A DNA stretch of 64,000 bases from Eledone cirrhosa (taxonomy: Eukaryota). Under the pieces are notes generated by a model. It searched no databases. It worked only from the letters and a program-made list of their open reading frames with translations, and was not told the origin of the DNA. A program made the translations under genes and the position numbers. The stretch lies in NCBI GenBank assembly GCA_964016885.1, contig OZ024745.1, positions 112,282,001 through 112,346,000 on the forward strand. Direction: 5' to 3'. Numbering within the stretch: the first letter of the stretch is position 1; each line of letters starts with the position of its first letter. This document shows, in pieces, positions 56,069-64,000 of this stretch.

Positions 56069-56112
56069 AATATATATATATACATTTGTAAACACACACA
56101 CACACACACACG

Positions 56113-56158
<46 letters not shown>

Positions 56159-56264
56159 TACATACACATATATATATATATATATGTAAACACACACACG
56201 CACACACACAAACACATATGTATATATATAAATATATATATATATATACATTTGTAAACACACG

Positions 56265-56345
<81 letters not shown>

Positions 56346-56514
56346 GTTACGTCCGCTTTACCCTGCTTGCAAGGGTGGGATATATATATATATATATATA
56401 TATATTTGTAAACACACACACACATACACACATATATATATGCATAGACATATGCATATACAGTATATATATACAGAAACACTTCCTATTCTTGTCTTTG
56501 TTCTCATTTTTTTT

Positions 56515-56591
56515 ATCTATCTATCTATCTATTTTTTCATCCAACTGCATACCTGCAAGGCTGTCTGTCTCTCTATCTCTCCTCTCCCCCC

Positions 56592-56631
<40 letters not shown>

Positions 56632-56686
56632 CTATTTTTTCATCCAACTGCATACCTGCAAGGCTGTCTGTCTATCTATCTCTCCT

Positions 56687-56732
<46 letters not shown>

Positions 56733-56798
56733 AATCTTTTTTTTCATCCAACTGCATACCTGCAAGGCTGTCTGTCTATCTATCTCTCCTCTCCCCCC

Positions 56799-56836
<38 letters not shown>

Positions 56837-56896
56837 CTATCTATTTTTTCATCCAACTGCATCCCTGCAAGGCTGTCTGTCTATCTCCCCCCCCCT

Positions 56897-56930
<34 letters not shown>

Positions 56931-56998
56931 CTATTTTTTCATCCAACTGCATACCTGCAAGGCTGTCTGTCTCTCTATCTCTCCTCTCACCCCCCCCC

Positions 56999-57072
<74 letters not shown>

Positions 57073-57133
57073 CTATCTATTTTTTCATCCAACTGCATAC
57101 CTGCAAGGCTGTCTGTCTATCTATCTCTCCTCT

Positions 57134-57180
<47 letters not shown>

Positions 57181-57341
57181 AATCTTTTTTTTCATCCAAC
57201 TGCATACCTGCAAGGCTGTCTGTCTATCTATCTCCCCCCCCCCCCCTCTCTCTCTCTCTATCTATCTATCTATCAATCTTTTTTTTCATCCAACTGCATA
57301 CCTGCAAGGCTGTCTGTCTATCTATCTCTCCTCTCACCCCC

Positions 57342-57412
<71 letters not shown>

Positions 57413-57499
57413 AATCTTTTTTTTCATCCAACTGCATACCTGCAAGGCTGTCTGTCTATCTATCTCTCCTCTCACCCTCCCCTCTCTCTCTCTCTTTCG

Positions 57500-57541
<42 letters not shown>

Positions 57542-57560
57542 ATCTATCTATCTATCTATT
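56515..57560. repeat. Nine-copy tandem array: constant ~37-bp core separated by variable (C)n(CT)n(CTAT)n tracts
   Basis: TTTTCATCCAACTGCATACCTGCAAGGCTGTCTGTCT recurs with CATCC at about 56538, 56641, 56745, 56850, 56940, 57086, 57193, 57287 and 57425. Confidence 0.95.
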
Positions 57561-57633
57561 ATCTATTTCCTTTTCTTCCTCCACATTTCTTTGTTTCCTG
57601 TCACTTTTTCAATCTACTACTCCAATATATATA

Positions 57634-57808
57634 CATGTAAAATTCCATTATAACGAATACCATTATAACGAATTTTATAGTATAACGAAATTTTTTTCAA
57701 TCCCCGGCCACACGCTCGATGTGTTAGGACAAATCTCGTTATAAAGAATTTTTCGTTAAAACGGATTTTTTTATACCCCAGGAATTTCGTTATAACAGCT
57801 TTTTACTG
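57634..57808. mobile_element. pogo/Tigger-type MITE
   Basis: TA-CATGTAAAATTCCATTATAACGA ... TCGTTATAACAGCTTTTTACTG-TA with repeated ATAACGA/TCGTTAT motifs. Confidence 0.7.
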
Positions 57809-57907
57809 TACACACACACACACACATATATATCTATGTGTATGGTTGTGCGTGTGTGTGTGTGAGTGTGTGTGTGTGTGTGTATGTCCGTGTGTGTATG
57901 TGTGTGT

Positions 57908-57986
<79 letters not shown>

Positions 57987-57987
<1 letters not shown>

Positions 57988-58336
57988 AGTATCTGGAATT
58001 TGCAGTCCCGATTATTCGCAGATTTTTCTTTAGAACCTAACTAATAATTGTTCGTGGAAACCACCGCATATTCGCGGAATCGTAAATATCTTCCGCGAAT
58101 TTTTAATGGCTTTTTTCGTGACAATATATATATTTTTAATGCTAAATAACAATATACCGTATTTGCCGCCCTATTGGAGGCCTCTTCACATAAGACGCTC
58201 TCATTTTTTAAAAATTATATTTTACACTTATGTTTTGACGTCTATAGGCATTTTTATGGGCCAGGTCCAATATTCGCGGTTTTTCACTCTTTGCGGGTGC
58301 TCCAGGAACGTAACATCTGCGGATAACGAGGGACAA

Positions 58337-58339
<3 letters not shown>
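57987..58339. mobile_element. pogo/Tigger-type MITE, left TIR partly deleted
   Basis: TA-CAGT ... GCGGATAACGAGGGACAACTG-TA; internal TATTCGCGG repeats. Confidence 0.7.
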
Positions 58340-58381
<42 letters not shown>

Positions 58382-58432
58382 CTTTTATATATATATATAT
58401 ATATATATCTAGTGACGAAACAACCTTTATTT

Positions 58433-58488
58433 ACTGCTATATATATTTCGATGATAGCCATTGAATGGCTATGACCTCATCAGGCAGT
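58433..58488 (-). ncRNA. Minimal type I hammerhead ribozyme followed by AATAAA
   Basis: Minus strand ACTGC-CTGATGA-GGTcATAGCCAT(tca)ATGGCTATcATC-GAA-ATATATAT-A-GCAGT-AAATAAA; in a ~150-bp island between (TA)n tracts. Confidence 0.88.
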
Positions 58489-58551
58489 TAGTCAGTTCTT
58501 AGATATGCCAGCTTTGTGTTTATAGTGTTGATGGTATCAGAGCCTTGGAAC

Positions 58552-58603
<52 letters not shown>

Positions 58604-58765
58604 AAATTTCGCTCTACATGGCTAAATACAATAAATGTAATCTGAGCTTTTCGAATATTAATAACATTCGATTCGTTTGCAATTATGCAAACAAGCCTCA
58701 ATTTTATACCCATGTCAGTAGAATGAACCCTTCATTCTTGCTCTTGTGTTGGCATGCGAACAGAA

Positions 58766-58853
<88 letters not shown>

Positions 58854-59419
58854 CAGTTGGTTTTTTGAATGAGAGAAAAAGTACCCAGTAGCTAATGTAG
58901 TAGTTTATTGTGGGTAATCCGAATTAACAGGATACTGGATCAGCAATTAGTAAAACTATAGAGTAAACATTTTTAATCAATGAGATTGATATGCAACTGA
59001 CCGGAAAATGTACACACACACAGATATGTTTCTGTATGTGTAGATTTATACGAATGTGTTTATGTGAGTGCGTGTACATTGATGTATATCTCTATTTTTC
59101 TACCACATTTCTCCGAAAGACACTTAAGTGTAAGACGACAATCTTTTGAAGTTAATACATTGGAGTGCACAATATTTGGCACAAACTTAAGCTCAAAGCT
59201 CTTCCATTTATGGCCATCTCATTTTATATTTTTAAATACTGTATTCAAATCTATTCACTTTGCATCATTTTTCAATTCTAGGATGTGATTTGAAAGAGAG
59301 TTTGGCTGTTATTTCTAGCAGGTCTTTATGTTAGCTAATCTGTTTTCAGGTTACATCTATAGGAGTGTTTAAACTCGACACTGAAATGAAAGTAAAGAAA
59401 CATTCCTCAGTTATATAAT

Positions 59420-59607
59420 TTTTTCTCCTTTTGGTACAAGGCCAGCAATTACCCAGTGCATTACTGGTACTTTATTTTATCGACCCCGTAAGGATGAAAG
59501 GCAACGTTAACCTCAGCGGGATTTGAACTCAGATCATAAAGGGCCGTAACTCTTTGCTGCAAAGCATGGCGTCCGACCCTCTACCGATACTGCAAATCCA
59601 CCGCCCT
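59420..59607 (-). mobile_element. SINE family S with target-site duplication
   Basis: CCTCAGTTATATAAT at 59405-59419 and 59605-59619 flank the element. Confidence 0.92.
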
Positions 59608-59928
59608 CAGTTATATAATGCTACTAAGTCTCACAAGAGACGGACAATACATTGCCATTGTAATAATTGAACATTTAGGTGAAGATTTTTATTGAACGGT
59701 TAGATGCCTCTATCAAAGACAAAGCTATGACTTTAAGTTGGTGGTACAATTTGATCTTCTGTTTGGTTATTTTGCATGGAAGAGTGGTAGAGGATCTTAA
59801 CTCCTGTTGGAGTTGTAGGAACACCGTCCAGACATTTGTCCATTTTAAACCTGGCGAAGCTCATCCCCCGCCATTCGGAACATAGCCGGTTATTTCCAGA
59901 GAAATAAACAAATAAAAAGGGAGAGCGA

Positions 59929-59977
<49 letters not shown>

Positions 59978-60302
59978 GATTCCAGTATTGTCTTTTACTT
60001 TATTGATTAGCCTCGAAAGGGTGGAAAGCGAAGATGACATTAGCGGCATTTAAACTCAGAGCGCAGTGAGACTGTACAATTACCGAGGTATATCATATGA
60101 CGCTCTAATGACTGTCAATTTGCCACCACTTTACCATACATGCCAGGAATTAAATGATTCAGTTAGTTGTAATTCTTTAACTTCATATATTTTAAGCTAT
60201 CTGTTATTCTCATCTATGCAGTCAAGTTGTGACATGTTGTAACTTGATGCAGAGAAAGGGAATTGGTATTTCAATGAAAACTTCAATTCTGTTTCTCCAT
60301 TA

Positions 60303-60857
60303 TAGTGGATTGGCAGTATCGGTAGAGGGTCGGACGCCATGCTTTGACGTATAGAGTTACGGCCCTTGCCATTCTGAGTTCAAATCCCGCCGAGGTTAAC
60401 TTTGCCTTTCATCCTTACGGGGTAGATAAAATAAAGTACCAGTAATGTACTGGGTAATTGCTGGCCTTGTGCCAATAGTAGAAACAATTATATTTTAAAG
60501 GGCGCTTGATTGGCAGAATCAGTCGAGCGTCGTATAAAATGCTTCTCGACATAGAGTTACGGCCCTTTGCGTTCTGAGATAAAATTCCACCAAATTTAGC
60601 TTTGCCTTTCATCCTCACGGGGTCGATAAAATAAAGTACCAGTAATGGACTGGGTAATTGCTGGCCTTGTAGTTTGGCAGTATTAGTGGAGGGTCGGACA
60701 CCATGCTTTTCAGCATTGAGTTACGGCCCTTTAAGGTCTGAGTTGAAATCCTGCCGAGGTTAACTTTGCCTTTCCTCCTTATGGGGGTCGATAAAATAAA
60801 GTACCAGTAATGCACTGGGATAATTGCTGGCCTTGTGCCAAAAGTAGAAACAATTAT
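60303..60857 (+). mobile_element. Three head-to-tail SINE family S copies
   Basis: Units at ~60303-60490, 60498-60670 and 60672-60857, each with TTGGCAG.ATC...AAAATAAAGTACCAGTAATG...GCTGGCCTTGT. Confidence 0.9.
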
Positions 60858-60959
60858 TGGTGTCGTTATTGTTTTTGCTGTTATTTCTTGTCGGGGCTAC
60901 TCCTTGTAAAGTACAAAATAATTCATCTCGAAGCCAATTAAGTATTTTTTCTTGTTAAA

Positions 60960-61180
60960 TAATGGTTTCTGATTTAGGCACAAGGCCAACAATTTTTGGG
61001 AAGGGGAAAGTCGGTTAAATCGACCCCAGTATATTACTGGTACTTTATTTTATCGACCTGTAAGGATGAAAGGTAAAGCTAACCTTGGTGGGATTTGAAC
61101 TCAGCACGTAAAGGATCGTAACTACACGCTGCAAAGTATGTTTATTTGACCCTCTACAAATATTGCCAATCTACAGCCCT
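60960..61180 (-). mobile_element. SINE family S (long form)
   Basis: Family S body including the GGGGAAAGTCGGTTAAATCGACCCCAG segment. Confidence 0.88.
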
Positions 61181-62395
61181 TTTCTAATTAAATAGTGGCA
61201 TCAAACCATATTTCTGATGCCCTTATCTACCAACAAATGAAGTAAACTATAATTTTGACTAGCAATACTTCTTGAACAAATATCAAAAAATGTTTCACGA
61301 GTTTATGAAAAGTTGTGGAAATATTTAACACAGCCTTATAAGTATGCATATATTTAAAGTCAAAACTATTCAATGAAATGCAAGTCAACATTAACAATAT
61401 TTCCATATATTCAGTTTGTAAAACTCTTACTGACTAACAAGATTTCATAATGAACTCATCTCCTTCCTAAAAAAAGACTTGCTTTTGTTGAGACACAGTC
61501 AATCTATTCAGTGAATGTAAACGTTCGCAAAATTTTTCAATTTTATTTATTATTCATTTAACCACTCTACAAATGACTCATTATATGGTGCATAATCTCT
61601 ATTTACTCAATTAGATACTATTGTCTTCTCAACAACATTTGCTGCAGCAATGGATTTCTTTTACCATTTTTCTCTTTGTTCAGCGGCAGACAGTCCATGT
61701 GTATGAGAGTATCAAGTATAGACTTCTTATATGGTTCTCGCTTGTTACCATGTTTGTAACCTTATGAAAAACCCGTATTTGTAGCTTGAGATAAGTTAAC
61801 GTTGCTTAAGACTAGCTTTCGCCATCCATAAGTAAATGCAGCATTGAAAGCTATGTCAAATGAAACGAATTAGCGTGTGTTTTATTTAAATATGTACAAT
61901 TCAATTTTTTTATCTGAAAATGTTTTAATTTGTTTCGAGATTATTTTAATTTGTTTCGAAGTTATTTTAATTCTTTTTGAGATTATTTTAATTTTTACTT
62001 GAAAAGTCTTCTAGGAGCACAGTACGTTTGTTTTATGTTTTGACAAGCTGTTATTAATTTTGCTGTTAATTTGTTGCTGAATAGATCAGAGCCATAAAAG
62101 TGATCGATTCCTTTTATTTCTCGCCTTTCAACACCGAATTAGGAAATGAAAACTTATTGAATTCATCATTCAGATATTTAAAAAAATGGCGTCGTCGTAG
62201 TCGTCCAATCGAACAAGCCAGCAAAGCAAGAAAGTAATAGATTATTTAAAGAGCAAAAATGTTTCGATCGCACAAAACCATCACTCTTCCAGCACTGAGT
62301 TTTAACGGTTTACTACACTTCCTCACAATCATCACTGCAATTGGCAGTAGTAATAACAACAGCAGCAGAATCATTATAATTATTATCATCATCAG

Positions 62396-62620
62396 AAGGG
62401 CGGTGGATTGACAGAATCGGTAGAGCGTCGGATACCATGCTACGTGGCATAGAGTTACGGCCCTTTACGTTTTGAGTCCAAATCTCGCCGAGGTTAGCTA
62501 TGCCTTTCATCCTTACGGGTTCGATAAAATAAAGCACCAGTAATGCACTGGAGTCGATTTAATAGATTTTTCCCTTCCCCCAAAATTGCTGACCTTGTGC
62601 CTAAAGTAGAAACAACTATT
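62396..62620 (+). mobile_element. SINE family S (long form) within (ATC)n
   Basis: AGGGCGGTGGATTGACAGAATCGGTAGAGCGTCGG...AAGTAGAAACAACTATTATCATC. Confidence 0.9.
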
Positions 62621-62774
62621 ATCATCATCATCATCATCATCAGAAATAACAAGAACCCACTTCTAACCCCCCCATCAGCTCAAATCACAAAAGCTACTAC
62701 CAAGTAGTATGTGTTGCCAATTGGTGATAGAAATGGATATATTTTGATTTTATTAGACTACATAAGTAAAACAC

Positions 62775-63010
62775 ATCGGAGGCTGCAGTATACCTGTCGA
62801 ATGCTGCGGCGAAAGTCGAGGAAAGCAAGCTACAACAAGCGACGCTACCGACGCAATGGCGCTATATATAAATCTGTGAACCAATGGTGATGGAAGCAAC
62901 AGGTGTTGCTGTTTAATTCATGAAGATTTTTATCAATACCATCGAAGCCAAGATAGTCGAAGCTACGAGTGAAGTCGCCTGTGGATTGGTTTAGCAATCA
63001 TTCTTAGTAA
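62775..63010 (+). pseudogene. Possible highly decayed CRE-like endonuclease-domain fragment
   Basis: One frame reads NAAAKVEESK...WRYI*ICEPMVMEATGV, resembling AA...E..K..KY......FEP...ET.G; contains stops. Confidence 0.35.
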
Positions 63011-63099
63011 TGTTTTCTGAGTTAGTTGCAGCTGGCTGGAGAGAAAGAATAATGGTTTCTGATTTAGACATAATTTGGAGGAGGGTAAAGTCGACTAGA

Positions 63100-64000
63100 T
63101 GTAGTGGTGCTGGTGGTGATAGTGGTAGTGCTAGTGGCTTTAACGGTGGTAGGGATGTTGAAGGCGGTGACCACAGATGTTTTGGTAGCTGTAGTGGTAG
63201 TGGTGGTGATAGTGGTAGTGCTAGTGGCTTTAACGGTGGTAGGGATGTTGAAGGCGGTGACCACAGATGTTTTGGTAGCAGTAGTGGTAGTGGGGCTGGT
63301 GGTGATAGTGGTAGTGCTAGTGGTATTATAGATGTTGGCGAAGTTGCTTTCGTTAGCGGATTTGTTTTCTACAATTATAGAATTAATAATTGTTTCTACT
63401 TTTGACACAAGGCCAGCAATTATCCCAGTGTATTACTGGTACTTTATTTCATCGACCCCGTAAGGATGAAAGGCAAAGTTAACCTCGGCGGGATTTGAAC
63501 TCAGGCCATAAAGGACCGTAACTCTTTGCTACAAAGCATGGCGTCTGACCCTCTACCGACACTGTCAATAATAATTGGTTTTAACATAAGCGCGTAGCCA
63601 CAAATGGAATGGTTAGTCAACTCCAGATACTTGATTGGTATTTTATTTTATCGCCCTCGGAAGGATGAAAGACATAAAAAAATACAACTACTAAACTTTC
63701 CCAGAAAAACACCATTACATGTCAGCTTCCTTAAGCAAATGTTGCACGCAACTGGAACCTTCGCTATCGCTGTAAATTGTAAATGATAGGCCTCACAGTT
63801 ACCGAGGAATTCTCATGGCGAGTACACACCTCTAATACAGTTAGCACTGCCTACCAAAGACTTGCACTTCTCTTCAGGGAAATACTTCATCCACCAACGA
63901 TTTATAGCTCTCTAAAAAGGTCAGGTGAAACCCACAATGGAGTTCTGCTCCAACATCTGGGATAGTGCTGCCTCTACCCACGCTGACATCCAGATAAAAG
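63100..64000 (+). repeat. Segmental duplicate of ~21400-22375 (minisatellite + SINE + LINE fragment), running off the window end
   Basis: Colinear and near-identical at an offset of ~41625 bp; ORFs 63010..63405 and 63064..63408 repeat those at 20926-21783. Confidence 0.95.

Noticed and set aside
56218-57744. 508-aa and 421-aa ORFs, and a CRISPR-like appearance
   Set aside because: Both are products of a compound minisatellite. The spacers are simple repeats rather than unique sequences, there are no cas genes, and the context is eukaryotic.
59343-59397. Candidate short exons with TTTCAG acceptors (also near 8599 and 61683)
   Set aside because: Donor sites are weak, there is no recognisable peptide, and they cannot be linked into a gene without transcript data.
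62183-62240. AAAATGGCG (YY1/start-like) with a nearby CCAAT
   Set aside because: Short motifs expected by chance, with no supporting ORF or CpG island.

Overview
AT-rich, microsatellite-saturated animal genomic DNA that is intergenic or deep intronic. The tRNA-derived SINE family and the repeat landscape suggest an octopod cephalopod (inference). I found no credible host protein-coding gene; almost all listed ORFs are translations of (TA)n, (CA)n or (GA)n repeats. Recognisable coding remnants are all retrotransposon-derived: two 5'-truncated L1/Tx1-type LINEs (33286-35625 minus, 43615-44731 plus), decayed RTE, CR1/Zenon-like and CRE-like fragments, and two copies of a ~605-bp internally deleted RTE element. 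The window also holds more than 20 SINE copies, several Tc1/pogo-type MITEs and a non-autonomous Helitron. The main result comes from reading the short unique islands between (TA)n tracts. About 20 type I hammerhead ribozyme motifs from at least seven sequence families lie there, about 13 with intact canonical cores. Most sit in non-coding fold-back elements (inverted arm, arm, then a one-sided tail) or in a partial tandem element, the architecture of Penelope-like element pseudo-LTRs and retrozymes. They include a U3-A8 compensatory core variant and a family fixed for a CAGANGA core. A short RCTC...GAGY stem-loop recurs in the tails of otherwise unalignable families. A separate two-copy repeat shows a covarying pseudoknot around CTGATGA that fits no ribozyme class I can name. 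All RNA structures were paired by eye and none has been tested for activity.
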